Origin: a virus
Taxonomy: Duplodnaviria > Caudoviricetes
Direction: 5' to 3' (one strand)
DNA: 64,000 bases
Virus record (IMG/VR): IMGVR_UViG_3300033066_001295
Location: 32,001 to 96,000 of that record
The notes under the pieces are model-generated. The model was not told where the DNA came from and ran no database searches. It saw only the letters and a program-made list of their open reading frames with translations. The translations under genes were made by a program, and so were the position numbers. Every line of letters begins with the position of its first letter. The stretch's first letter is position 1. This document shows positions 39,478 to 50,605 of the stretch, one piece after another.

Positions 39478-42400
39478 ATGGACCATCTCCATCTAATCAC
39501 AGTAATTGCCGTCTTCGCCCTAGTGTGTGTAGCCCTTATCTTCTTCGTTATCAATGACATCAAAGGTCAGAGAAAAGAGAACGAGGTCTTCTGGTCCTTC
39601 ATGGACACAATCAGCAACAGGGCAAAAGCAGCTACTTCCTCTGAAGAGCTTTTTGAACTTCGGCGTGAACTGAAGGAGTATTGTGCTGAAAACAAGGTGC
39701 TTGCATACCGGCTCTTTAGCTCAGTTCAGAGAGTTCAAGATGTTATTTTTGACTGCCATGAAGAGCTTGTCAGGGAGGAACAGCAGCCCAGCACATCAGC
39801 ATGATAACAAAACTTTTTGAAGTAAGAGACGTGGCTACCTTTATCCCGGTTATGGCCGTGAGAATGAAGGCAAAAGTGCCAATATACTTCTACATGAAAG
39901 AGAGCAAGGCTGAAGAGTATCTTCTCAGACGTTCCGGGTTCTGGGGTGAGACAGGGTCAAACTTGGTTGGCCTAGCCATGCTTAGCGGTGAGGAAAGCCA
40001 CATGAACTTTGTCCCACATCTTTGGGAGGGCAGAACCATGACTACAGCCCACAAGTACATTGCTGAACACTTTGATGATCTTGAGTCAGGTAGTGTGATT
40101 GATGTCGAATTTATCCTTGGAGAGTCCGCTACTAAGAAAGTGAGTGAAAGACTAGCATGACACCCACCTCTTTTCAGGATCAACTCAGACAGGTTTCAGC
40201 CATGGTTGACACAATGCGTGCCGACTGCCAGTGGAAGCTGAAATCCATTAATGCCCTTATCTTGAGGTATGGTCGTCAGATGGTCATTTCAAAAAAGACC
40301 AAGTTGAGCAGTGACACACCTAAGCTGTGCTACCAGAATGCTTATCGGGCTGCCTGTGAGAACTCGAACCTGTTTTACTGTGAGGGCTATGTCAGTTTCA
40401 TGGGCATCCCAATCAACCATGCGTGGGTGGTGGACAAGGACGGCAATGGTTTTGAGCCTACGCTGAAATTCAAAAAAGGTGAATCACTGGAATACTTCGG
40501 CGTCACCTTTACCACTCCGTTCATCCTTGAGGAGAGTCTCAAATCAGGCCACTATGGTGTCTTTGGTGACATGCTCAAGCCTTGGCAGGTGGAATGGCTG
40601 AAGAGCGGAGAACTACCTGAAAACGCATTGTATCAATTCAAATGAAAAAGCTTCCACACGAAAGAGTTGGCTTACCAGAGTTGGCATATAACATTTACTT
40701 TGGGCAAGGCTACAGAGAGGGGTTAAAGCCTCTTAGAGATTGTTTTCATAGGTACACCCGTGGCACCAAAGAACACAAAGCTTGGTCTGCTGGTCGTCGT
40801 GCCTCTAAACGTGGCTAAAATGAAACTCATCCCATCCAAGGACATTCCTGAATATGGCTATTTTAACTGCCTGTCTTCTGAAGATGGTAAGGTGATCATG
40901 GGCATCTCTGTCGTCATCTTCGGCTACAGGGTGGTTGGTTATTGTAAAGGTGATTGTGGACCCCGAGTAAACTGGTGTGGAGGTGACAACCAGCTAAACG
41001 TAGAACGTCTTTTCTCCATGCTGAAAGCCATTCTGGAGAAGCGTGACACAACGGGTAACCCATTTGAAGGCCTGCCTATAGCTTCGGAAGTAAAACCCTT
41101 CTTCCTTGATGAAAAATTTGTCCGAGAGGTAGGCAACAAAGCAGGCGACTTCGCACTTGAAAAGGTGGCACCTCTGTCAGAGATTAGGGAACGCTACTGG
41201 AGGGCATCTGAGAAATGGGCGGCATAGAGTCAGACTACCCTTACTACTGGGAAGCTGTCATCATTTCACGTGATAACAGGGGGACCTTAGTGGAGTGGCA
41301 TGATGGTGAGAGGGAACGTCTCAAGGGTTATCTTGACATACCACTTCGATTCTTGGCCAACGGCACAAATGTCGGGGTGAGAGTAAAACTCGGCCAGCAA
41401 GGTAAGGTGACTGAACTCTGGCATGAAGTGAAAATCCTAAACCCTGAAGCCACGAAAGAATTTTGGAGGAAAACAAATGAGCAAACAAATCAAACCGGGC
41501 AGCAGGCCGAACAACCTTAAAGCCCTCGAATACATCATTGACACCCTTATGGAAGGCGTGCCGGAAGCACATCAACTTGCCATTGACTTTGGTAGGAGAA
41601 AACTTGCCATGAAGCTTCAAAAAGGCATCAAGGCCTATGAAGCATGGGCTGCTGAGGGGGCTGAAGCATGGGGAAGCCGATGAATACTCCAAAGAAAAGA
41701 AAAAAAGAGGACATTGCCAAGCTCGAAGCACTGGCAAGTGGCACTGGCTATGACAACGCAGCACTAGGCTTAGCCTATCTGAGATTCCAGCAGTTGCTGA
41801 CATTCAACCTGACTACCTATGCTATTCTTGAGCGGAGAAAGCTTGAAGGTGAGAATGTGAATGACATACTTGACGATATGATCCTTGCTGCCAACAAATG
41901 AAAGCTTCACTCACACTCAACTTTGAAGATGGCTCACAGACGGTGCTGACGTTGTCCAAGGCTATTGAGATCAACACGCTGCCACAGACAAAACAAAGTT
42001 TGTGTTTCAACCAGACCAGCAAGGGTGACTGGGTGATGTCATTCACAAAAGCGATGTTTGAGGGGAAGAAGATCAAGACCATCTCAATGAAAAAAACCGG
42101 AGAAGTGTAAAGGACGCTAGTTGTACTTTGTCGGGTGTAAGTATCTTCCGCTATGAAGAACGATGCCCTGATTGAGGATAATTTTGCTAGCGGCAGAAAA
42201 TGGCTAAAACTGCCGGACTATGAGAGGGATGCCTCAAAACCGATTGAGGATCAATACAAGGAACTCGAAGAGCACCACCAAAAAGAAGTCGAGGTACTTC
42301 TCAGCGAGATGAGGGGTATCTACTCTGACTTCTCCAGTGCCTTTCTCTTTCTCAAAAAGCTTGAAGGAAGCTTGATACAGGAAAACAAGTATCAAGGGGT

Positions 42401-42751
42401 GATGACCCAAAAGTTTCTTGAGTCCTTCGCCTTTAGGTGGGGATGGAATCCAAATGAGGTTCCAATGGTAGAGCACAAGGCCTTGACATCTGAATGACTT
42501 ATGTCATAGTCAAGCATGTTATCAGCACAGAGCAGATCGAAAGTGCCAGATGCATTGTCAATGACATTGCAGAGGACATCGACAACAAGGAGAATCGCCG
42601 TGAACTACGCACGGCTCTTGCCATCTATGCTGACCTGTTGAATGATGAGCGTGGAAAGCGTGAGGTCATCAACTCTGACAAGTTGTTAGTACAGCTTGCA
42701 AATCTCAACAAGTCTTTGGAGGAGCTAAAAGATGCCAGACGGAAAAAATGA
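39478..42751 (+). other. Array of small early ORFs (39478-39804 with N-terminal TM, 39801-40160, 40157-40645, 40642-40818, 40820-41227, 41215-41520, 41477-41683, 41680-41901, 41898-42110, 42153-42497, 42494-42751)
   Basis: Coupled ORFs; 40157-40645 has CYQNA...YCEGY...HAWV (papain/transglutaminase-like Cys-His pattern). Confidence 0.6.
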
Positions 42752-42841
42752 TAATGACGGTTGTGGGTGCCTTGGCTGTCTCTCTCTTATCGTGATAGCG
42801 ATATGGCTTTCTGTACTTGGTGCATGGGGCCTTAAAGAGCT

Positions 42842-43486
42842 ATGGAACCTGATCTTCTAAAAGGCTACACACCACCTTCAGTTCCGTCCTGTGTTCAGAA
42901 CAAACGTAAGAAGGAGCGTGAACTAGCCCGTCAGTGGGTTAGAGCAATGGTGGATGTTGTAGGTGAGTGCTACTGGTGCTCTGTTCCGCTAAGGGACACA
43001 CTCAAGAGCACTATAGATCACGTCATTCCAGTTTCCAAAGGAGGCACATCGGAGCTTCACAACATTGTTCTGTGCTGTAACCAGTGCAACAATGCCAAAA
43101 AGAATCATGAGAGCCTGATATGGGGTGCCAGACTTGTTCATTGGGCTATAAGATACATCCGTGAACGAAAAAATGAGTTTTCATGGAAGGACATCTATGG
43201 TCTGATAAAGTCAAAACCTGCTGTCACTGTCGAACACTCCAAAAGAAGGCCTATAGGTGAAGGTGTCATCAAAGAGGTAATGCGGAGGGGTGAGAGTAAA
43301 TCAGCGAAAACTCTTCGTGAGCGTTACTCCCCATTGCTGGAACCTTTTGAGCCTATGATGCATGTCAGGCATGGGTATGACAAGCACGTGCTCAAACGCC
43401 TGAATGACGCAAGAGAGAATCCAGCGGTAGCAAGGTATCAGCCACCAGAGAGCTTGCCGACCATGGGAAACATATGGCCGACGTAG
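42842..43486 (+). CDS. HNH endonuclease
   Basis: CYWC...TIDHVIPVSKGG...NIVLCCNQCNNAK. Confidence 0.88.
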   Translation: MEPDLLKGYTPPSVPSCVQNKRKKERELARQWVRAMVDVVGECYWCSVPLRDTLKSTIDHVIPVSKGGTSELHNIVLCCNQCNNAKKNHESLIWGARLVHWAIRYIRERKNEFSWKDIYGLIKSKPAVTVEHSKRRPIGEGVIKEVMRRGESKSAKTLRERYSPLLEPFEPMMHVRHGYDKHVLKRLNDARENPAVARYQPPESLPTMGNIWPT

Positions 43487-43685
43487 AACCAAAGGGGCCA
43501 TTCTGCATTGAGGTGAAAGAATGCGGTGTGTGGATGGAGACAACAGATGTTCCCACACTAGCCGAAGCACTGAAGGAGGCCTCTTTCCTGTGTAACTCTT
43601 TTCCTGAAGAGCGTATCAGAATATCGACAGGTGACTTCAAATTGTTATAGCTTGACAAGCAATAACAGATGGCCTACCCGTCAAG

Positions 43686-43931
43686 ATGACTATTCGACAA
43701 GAGTTTCCCGTTGGAGTTACACGCGAAGAACTGCTATCTGCCATCTCTTCTGAGTATGGCAAAATGCTGGTAGCTTCCAATAAGGGCGACCGGGTTGGCA
43801 TCTCTACATCATCACTAAACATTGCCTGTCTGGCCATGAAGATGGATGAGTATTTTGGTGTCAAAGACAGCCTTGAGATACCGGCTGAACCCACAAAGCT
43901 TTTCACCCATGTCGAAGACAAAGACTTGTAA
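43686..43931 (+). CDS. Hypothetical protein
   Basis: Follows TTGACA at about 43652. Confidence 0.55.
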   Translation: MTIRQEFPVGVTREELLSAISSEYGKMLVASNKGDRVGISTSSLNIACLAMKMDEYFGVKDSLEIPAEPTKLFTHVEDKDL

Positions 43932-44098
43932 AATCAAGGTCATACCAAGACTGGCTAAAGGCCTGCGCTACAAGGTGTGGTTGGTTGAGAACAAGTGGGG
44001 TGGAACTAGCAACCCCATGGGCAAGAGAAGGGCCTTGAAGCTGGTTGAACCGGGCTGCTGCTTGATTCAAACATGGAGTTGTGTATCAGTCAAAAACC

Positions 44099-44740
44099 AT
44101 GAAAAGTGCTACTGAGCTATTTGATACCACTTGCCACTTTGGCAAACCGATAAGGACCAAAGCTGCCTGCCGTAATGCTATCGGACGGGTGGCTGAAGTT
44201 TTTGTGTCGAGGTCCCTTGATGTTGACATACTTCCGGTGGACGGAAGCAAAAAAGTCTGCCCGGATTTTGAAGGCGGGGAGATCAAGTCAGTAGGCAAGA
44301 GCAATTCAGTTATGCTATACCAGTGGAGGTTAAGCAAGGAGGCTGAGAGCTTTGACCCGAAGGACTACTTCTATGTCTTTGTCAGGCACACCTGCCCTAT
44401 CACCATCACCAACACGGCTGAGATTGTTGAACACTTTGCCAAAAATACACCAAGGCTTATCTGTACCAGCCTGCATGAGCTTCTCAGTATAACACGAGGT
44501 ATCAAGCCAAAGAAATTCAAGTGGTTTGGAGATCAAACTGTTGACCAAAGAATCGGTTATTACAGAAAAGGGTATGATCAAGGTGGGTGGCAATTTTCGC
44601 TTTCCCGGCTGAAGATAGTTCAGGGAGGGTACCGAACATGCAAGTGGAATGGCAGTGACATCGGTGTCAGGTTATTTGCCACAAAAGGCGCAAAGAAGTT
44701 TCTGAAAAATCAGTTTACCCTTCGAGATGAAATTCACTGA
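44099..44740 (+). CDS. PD-(D/E)xK nuclease-like protein
   Basis: GRVAE...CPDFEGGEIKS. Confidence 0.55.
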   Translation: MKSATELFDTTCHFGKPIRTKAACRNAIGRVAEVFVSRSLDVDILPVDGSKKVCPDFEGGEIKSVGKSNSVMLYQWRLSKEAESFDPKDYFYVFVRHTCPITITNTAEIVEHFAKNTPRLICTSLHELLSITRGIKPKKFKWFGDQTVDQRIGYYRKGYDQGGWQFSLSRLKIVQGGYRTCKWNGSDIGVRLFATKGAKKFLKNQFTLRDEIH

Positions 44741-45208
44741 TAATGGCCTGTCAGCGGAGAAGTATTGGTGGACGAGTGAGTTTACCGAAGGTGGTGGTAC
44801 CTCAAATACCACTTCAACGTATATTCTCAGTCCATATTATGAGGATATTACACTTCATCAGGCTAAAAAAGACCCCCCATGTAAGCACAATTGGAGAAAT
44901 AAGTGGAAAAATCCCAAAAAGAGAGAACAGTACTGCACCAAATGTCCAGCGACAAGACTCTAAAGAAATATGTTGTAACCCACTCGGGTTGGTTTCTCCT
45001 TTGCCCTGTGTGGTTGGCAGATTTTGACAAGCCTGACATTGTGCCTATCCCAAAAGGCAGAATGTGGTGGCTGTTTGATCTCATGACAGCCCTTCAGCAA
45101 GGCCTGAACTTCATCATTGGTTTGTTCAAACCAGACTCCTGTGGGTTCGTGTTTCATCGAGTTCAGGAGGTGCCAAAATTTGAGATGGACGTTTAGGTAT
45201 CTATCAAG

Positions 45209-45763
45209 ATGCATCTGTCATCTACACATTTTGTAGCCTTGTTTGAGGGCTGGAAGGAAACTGAGAAAGCCCGTGCTGAGGCACGAAAGCTTACAGATAC
45301 AAACCCTTCCGAAGAGCAGAAAATGGCAGGCAACTATGCCAAAGGGAAGTTCTGGTGGAATGCGATGGAAATATCCATTGAGAACCCAAAAGGTTCAGTG
45401 CGGCGTGGGAAGGACAAGAAGGGTGTCGAATGGGAGACCAAGATGCCCGCTGATTATGGCTATATCCGTAGAACTGAATCGGAAGCGGATGGTGATCACA
45501 TTGATGTCTTCATTGGGGATGATTTGTCCTCACCCATGGTGTGGATTGTGAATCAGATGAACCCAGACAACGGACGCTTTGATGAGCACAAGTGTGTGAT
45601 TGGAGTGGTGCTTGAGAAGGACGCAAAGGAGCTTTATCGTAACGCTTACACTAAAAGCTGGACAGGTATGGGGACAGTTGTTGGAATGACTGTGGATCAG
45701 TTTAGGCTATGGGTAGAAAAGGGTGACACATCAAAAGAGGTACCTGAGAAATGGATTTTCTGA
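45209..45763 (+). CDS. Inorganic pyrophosphatase (InPase domain of polyvalent proteins) with FVALFE tag
   Basis: ISIENPKGSVR, YGYI..TE..DGDHIDVFIG, FDEHK; TATCTA 5 nt upstream. Confidence 0.85.
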   Translation: MHLSSTHFVALFEGWKETEKARAEARKLTDTNPSEEQKMAGNYAKGKFWWNAMEISIENPKGSVRRGKDKKGVEWETKMPADYGYIRRTESEADGDHIDVFIGDDLSSPMVWIVNQMNPDNGRFDEHKCVIGVVLEKDAKELYRNAYTKSWTGMGTVVGMTVDQFRLWVEKGDTSKEVPEKWIF

Positions 45764-45848
45764 AGAAACTTTGTGCGCTTATACTGAAAAAATTCAAGTG
45801 TAAAAAACCTCCGTCACCACCTTCAAATCTGAAGTGGGAGATTGATTC

Positions 45849-46097
45849 ATGGGACGAGTAGTTCACTGCAAAAAGTCCAAGTACGACGTGTACATTGGTC
45901 GTGGTGGTATCTGGGGTAACCCTTTTGTAGAAGGGCGTGACGGCTCTCGGGCTGAGGTGATAGAGAAATACCGTGAGTATCTTCTAGCAAATCCAGTGTT
46001 GATGAGCAAGCTGCCATCACTCAAAGGCAAGGTTCTCGGCTGTTGGTGCTCACCCAAGCCATGCCACGGGGACGTTTTAGCAGAGCTATCAAGTTGA
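45849..46097 (+). CDS. DUF4326-family protein
   Basis: YDVYIGRGGIWGNPF, LGCWCSPKPCHGDVL. Confidence 0.88.
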   Translation: MGRVVHCKKSKYDVYIGRGGIWGNPFVEGRDGSRAEVIEKYREYLLANPVLMSKLPSLKGKVLGCWCSPKPCHGDVLAELSS

Positions 46098-46121
46098 CAG
46101 GAAGCACCTTGTTGTTATAAT
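46094..46121 (+). promoter_or_regulatory. Early promoter TTGACA-N16-TATAAT
   Basis: Consensus hexamers, 5 nt before ATG 46127. Confidence 0.8.
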
Positions 46122-46126
46122 GTGGC

Positions 46127-47341
46127 ATGTCTGATATTGAATGGAAAACTCGCGAAGAAGTTCCTGAACATGACAGGAAAGTTCTCGCTTTCTCACCTGT
46201 CTATCCAGTTGGTCACCCAACCCGTTTCCGCATTTTGGACGGACAGTTTGTCCGCATCTGTGACGAAATTGAGAAGTGGTTTTACCTCGAAGACATCGCC
46301 CCCTGTCAGGATGAGTGTGAGGAAGCTGAATATGAGGTGGCTTTACCCAGAACTTTGAGGAGCTAAATGAAAATACCAAAACTGTCAGACAACCCCACAA
46401 TCGGTGAAACACTTGGTTTTGCCATGAAGATCACCAATCAAGAGCAGGCCGACGCATGGTTTGAAATTCTTGTGCAAGATGGCATCAAAAGAAGGGGTGA
46501 CCTCCTTGTAAAGTTCAAGGACAATGAGAACCCAGCTTTCCGTGTCAGGTCTGAGATTGAAAAGATCATCAGAGGCAACCTCGGCTATTACGCCGGATAC
46601 TATGACCATGAAACCCGTGCTCGGGTTGAACGTCTGTTCAAGTGCTCACACCCAGTCTTTGGCTCTATCGAAGCCAATGGTGCTCCGTCTCCAGAAGAAG
46701 CCTTCAAAAAAGGTTTGGAGTTGGGATTAAAACATTTGACGGAAGTCTGACTTTTGATATAGTGTCTGCATGACACCGTCTGAAAAGTCGCCTGAAATTG
46801 AAAAAGCCCTGAAGGATGTTTTTGGGGTAGATAGGCAGGAATCAATTCGTGCAAACACCTGCGTTGCCCCTCCAATTGGCTGTGGAAAGCCGATCACTGC
46901 TTTTCGTGATGAGACATCCCGTCGTGAGTTCACAATCTCCGGCCTCTGCCAAGACTGCCAAGACAAAATTTTCGGAGCATGAAAACCTACACCAATAATG
47001 ACCTCTGGGATTGTGGTGAGTACACCAAACCTTGGTTGCTGCCGCCGCTGGAACCGGGCATGACATCTTTGAATGACCCTGTTGAGATCAAGCCAAGATG
47101 TGAGTATTACCATTACTCAAACCCGAGAAGTCAGGGAGCCTTGATTTGTGAGACAAGTGGTTTTCCTGCTGGCTTTTTTAAGGACACCGAAAGTTACTTA
47201 CCTGAAGATGAGCTAAAGAGGTTTGCCAAGGTGGCTCTTAACCTACCCTGCACCCCAACACATGTCAGAGTTGTACACTGGTACAACGTGGCTACGGGTT
47301 ATAGCTGCCCAACTGTCGAAGCAATTTATCCAAAACAATAA
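46127..47341 (+). other. Small early ORFs (46127-46366, 46367-46750, 46770-46982 with Zn finger, 46979-47341)
   Basis: Coupled ORFs; promoter TTGACG-N16-TATAGT at 46736-46763. Confidence 0.6.
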
Positions 47342-47344
47342 ATC

Positions 47345-48280
47345 ATGGGAAGAGAACTAAAAAGAGTACCGCTGGATTTTGACTGGCCTTTGAACAAGCC
47401 TTGGAAGGGTTTTATCAACCCGCTCTATGTGGCCAAAGACTGCACCCACTGTAAAGGCAGAGGCGAATCGCCAAAAGCAAAGCACCTCAGTGACCAGTGG
47501 TATGGCTATGCGCCTTTCAAACCGGAAGATCGTGGCAGCAAGCCTTTCTCTTCAACGGAAGGTCCCGTGTATGAGTTTGCCAAGAGGCAGGTAGCTCGAA
47601 ACCCAGACTTCTTCTGCCGTGGAGGCCTACTGCCAGAGAGTATAGCCATTCAACGTGAGGCTGAGAGGCTTTGTGACCTGTGGAACCATCAGTGGTGCCA
47701 CCACCTCAATGCTGATGATGTGAAAGCTTTGATAGCTAAAGACAGGCTTTGGGACTTCACACGCACTCCACGGACTGATGAACAGCGTGAGATTGTGAAG
47801 GAAAAAGTGGCCAAAGGGGAAAACTCGTGGCTCCCAGAGAATAATGGTTATACCCCAACACCTGAAGAAGTGAATGCATGGAGCATTTGTGGCTTCGGGC
47901 ATGACTCCCTTAACTCGTGGGTTGTCATAGAGGCTGAGTGCAAACGCCTTGGTGTCGATTCCATCTGCAAGTTCTGCAAGGGCAAGGGTGCCATTTGGCC
48001 CAGTGACGAAGCTGAAAAGGCTTATGACAACTGGGAAAAGGAGGAACCACCAACTGGCGAAGGCTATCAGGTGTGGGAAACTGTGAGTGAAGGTTCGCCT
48101 GTAACACCAGTATTTGACACCCCAGAAAAGCTGGCCGACTGGTTGGTTGAAAATGACACTTCAATCACAAAAAACACCACTCGTGAACAGTGGTTGGCTT
48201 TCATCAATGGTCCCGGATGGGCACCCAGCTTTATCTCAGACTCCAAAGGACTAAGAACAGGAGTAGAAGCTATCTCATGA
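47345..48280 (+). CDS. Conserved phage protein with DnaJ-like CxxCxGxG Zn motifs
   Basis: CTHCKGRG, CKFCKGKG, GEGYQVWETVSEGSP. Confidence 0.7.
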   Translation: MGRELKRVPLDFDWPLNKPWKGFINPLYVAKDCTHCKGRGESPKAKHLSDQWYGYAPFKPEDRGSKPFSSTEGPVYEFAKRQVARNPDFFCRGGLLPESIAIQREAERLCDLWNHQWCHHLNADDVKALIAKDRLWDFTRTPRTDEQREIVKEKVAKGENSWLPENNGYTPTPEEVNAWSICGFGHDSLNSWVVIEAECKRLGVDSICKFCKGKGAIWPSDEAEKAYDNWEKEEPPTGEGYQVWETVSEGSPVTPVFDTPEKLADWLVENDTSITKNTTREQWLAFINGPGWAPSFISDSKGLRTGVEAIS

Positions 48281-48750
48281 GCACAATACCCACAACACCA
48301 ACACAAGACGTAACTGTCGGAACCCTCGAATATCACAAGAAGAGGGCGGCGGCGGCAACCAAGGACTTCAATGACTTCACCGATCCGAAGGGGTTTACGC
48401 CGGGTGATGTCCATTACTTCAACATCACTGACTGGGGCCTGCTTATCTATGTCCTGAGAGGCTACGCTTTGCTGGTTGACAAGGACAATAAGTCACAAAA
48501 AAAGGCCGTAACCATAGTGGCGTCATGTATGAATGATGCTAAAAAGGTGATCGCTAAGACGAGGGAACTTAACTGCAAGGGCACCAGCCCTCTTGCTGAT
48601 TGGCAGACCTGTGTCGAAAAAGCCCTTCAAGAACTGTACCCACACTGCCTCTTTGTGGAACTTGCCCCACCAAATTTTGACACAGAAAAAGCGTCTATAA
48701 CATTCTGCTATGATGACATCGGAGTAGTGGAAGAGCCAGCAACAGTTTAA
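48277..48750 (+). CDS. Hypothetical protein
   Basis: ATGA-coupled ORF. Confidence 0.55.
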   Translation: MSTIPTTPTQDVTVGTLEYHKKRAAAATKDFNDFTDPKGFTPGDVHYFNITDWGLLIYVLRGYALLVDKDNKSQKKAVTIVASCMNDAKKVIAKTRELNCKGTSPLADWQTCVEKALQELYPHCLFVELAPPNFDTEKASITFCYDDIGVVEEPATV

Positions 48751-48773
48751 TCAACACAACACACACAACACAC

Positions 48774-49397
48774 ATGAAAACAGCACTCGGTATTATCGGC
48801 GTCCTCGCAGGCATTGTCCTCGTCGTGGGCGGAATCATCGGCCTCACTCTCATCGGCACCTACAACGGGATGGTCGGTGGTGAACAGGCAGTCAATCAGT
48901 CATGGTCTCAGGTTCAAAACGTCTATCAGCGGCGTGCGGACCTTGTTCCAAACCTCGTTGCCACCGTCAAGGGGGCGGCACAGTTTGAGCAATCGACCCT
49001 CACTGCAATCACAGAAGCTCGCGCCAGCGTCGGCAAGTTGAACATCAGTTCCTCACAAGCTCCGACAACGGCAGATGAACTCCAGAAGTTTCAGCAAGCC
49101 CAAGGTCAACTTGGATCAGCTTTGTCACGTCTTCTGGTTGTCTCTGAGAACTACCCGCAGCTTCGGGCTACATCCAACTTTGCCACCCTGCAAGCTCAGC
49201 TTGAAGGCACAGAGAACCGGATTAGCGTGGAACGCAGAAGCTTCACTGAGGCTGTCCAAACCTATAACAACAAGGTCAAAGGCTTCCCCGGTGTGTTTCT
49301 AGCCGGTGTATTCGGTTTCGCACCGAAGCCTTACTTTGAAGCGGACCAAGGTGCTGACAAGGCACCGAAAGTGGACTTCAACGTCAGCAAGAACTGA
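48774..49397 (+). CDS. lemA: LemA family protein
   Basis: N-terminal TM, YN, WSQVQNVYQRRADLVPNLV, ENYPQLRA, LEGTENRI..ER. Confidence 0.95.
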   Translation: MKTALGIIGVLAGIVLVVGGIIGLTLIGTYNGMVGGEQAVNQSWSQVQNVYQRRADLVPNLVATVKGAAQFEQSTLTAITEARASVGKLNISSSQAPTTADELQKFQQAQGQLGSALSRLLVVSENYPQLRATSNFATLQAQLEGTENRISVERRSFTEAVQTYNNKVKGFPGVFLAGVFGFAPKPYFEADQGADKAPKVDFNVSKN

Positions 49398-49501
49398 TGA
49401 AAAAAGTTCTCACCTTGGCTGTGGTCATCTTGGCCACAGCCATTGCTTACAAAGCACTCTGCTATCTCCCTGCATTTCTTCCACCTCAAACACTACCATG
49501 A
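49397..49501 (+). CDS. 34-aa hydrophobic peptide
   Basis: MKKVLTLAVVILATAIAYKALCYLPAFLPPQTLP; overlaps both the lemA stop and the TPM start. Confidence 0.5.
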   Translation: MKKVLTLAVVILATAIAYKALCYLPAFLPPQTLP

Positions 49502-50250
49502 AAAAATTTCTTCTCCTAGCCTTATCGGCACTCTCGCTGCAAGCCTTTGCTGCTGAAAAACTCCCCCCAAGCCCTGAGCACTACTTCAACGACTATGCTG
49601 GACTCGTCAGCAAATCTACTGCCGACAGTCTCGAAGCCAAGCTTGTTGATCTCGAAAAACGGACCACGATTCAGTTCGTGGTGGCAACTTTCCCAACTCT
49701 TGAATCTGACTCACAAGTTACAGACTATGCCCAACGGGTCATGCAGTCATGGCATGTAGGCCAAAAGAAGACAAACAACGGTGTCACCCTGTTTATCTTC
49801 CTGAAGAACAAGGCAGGGAAAACTGACACGGTGATTCAAACTGGCTACGGCCTTGAAGGTGCCCTTCCTGATGCTACGTGCAAAGCCATCATTGACAACG
49901 ACATCAGACCCCATGTCAGAGCCGCTAAAGCTAACGGCAGTCAGTCAGAGTGGAATGCTGCTCTAACAAGTGGGGTAAACTCAGTCATCAAAGCTGCCCA
50001 AGGTGAATACAAAGCAGAGACCAGTTCACCGGATGTTGAGACACTGAAAAAAATTATCAGGCGGTTTTTCATCATCATCGTCTGCATCGTCATTCTCATG
50101 GTAATCATTGCCATCCTCGGTGGTGGAGGTAGCTACAGTAGCGGTGGTTATAGCAGTGGAGGAAGCTGGGGTAGCAGTAGCGGTGGCGGCGGAGGCTTTT
50201 CTGGTGGCGGAGGCTCCTGTGGAGGCGGCGGTGCCAGCGGTTCTGATTGA
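49498..50250 (+). CDS. TPM-domain (YgcG-like) membrane protein with Gly/Ser tail
   Basis: Signal peptide, YFNDYAG, WHVGQK..NNG, TGYGLEGALPD, TM, GGFSGGGGSCGGGGASGSD. Confidence 0.92.
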   Translation: MKKFLLLALSALSLQAFAAEKLPPSPEHYFNDYAGLVSKSTADSLEAKLVDLEKRTTIQFVVATFPTLESDSQVTDYAQRVMQSWHVGQKKTNNGVTLFIFLKNKAGKTDTVIQTGYGLEGALPDATCKAIIDNDIRPHVRAAKANGSQSEWNAALTSGVNSVIKAAQGEYKAETSSPDVETLKKIIRRFFIIIVCIVILMVIIAILGGGGSYSSGGYSSGGSWGSSSGGGGGFSGGGGSCGGGGASGSD

Positions 50251-50291
50251 CATCTAACAAAACACACCTAACTTTTAACGTCTAACACACA

Positions 50292-50603
50292 ATGAAGTAC
50301 GAACTATCCAAGCAATACAAACGGGGGGCAGAAGTTGACTACCAAGGGCTTCTCTATGAGGCGACCACAAATGTCCCTGCTGGCATATCCCCGTCACATT
50401 TGACCTACTGGAGGCGCAAAGACAGTGCCTCTACATCAAGGGCTTCGTCAGATGACGACAGTGAAAGCTCATTCCGTTCAAGCTCGTTCTCAAGCTCGTC
50501 CGGTTATAGCTCGTCCGATAGCTCATCCTATGATTCTGGATCATCTGGGTTTGACAGCGGTGGCGGAGACTGTGGAGGCGGCGGTGCCAGTGGTTCTGAC
50601 TAG
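50292..50603 (+). CDS. Small carbohydrate-binding-module-like domain plus Ser/Gly tail
   Basis: YKRGAEVDYQGLLYEA...P...W; ends GGGDCGGGGASGSD. Confidence 0.6.
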   Translation: MKYELSKQYKRGAEVDYQGLLYEATTNVPAGISPSHLTYWRRKDSASTSRASSDDDSESSFRSSSFSSSSGYSSSDSSSYDSGSSGFDSGGGDCGGGGASGSD

Positions 50604-50605
50604 CC

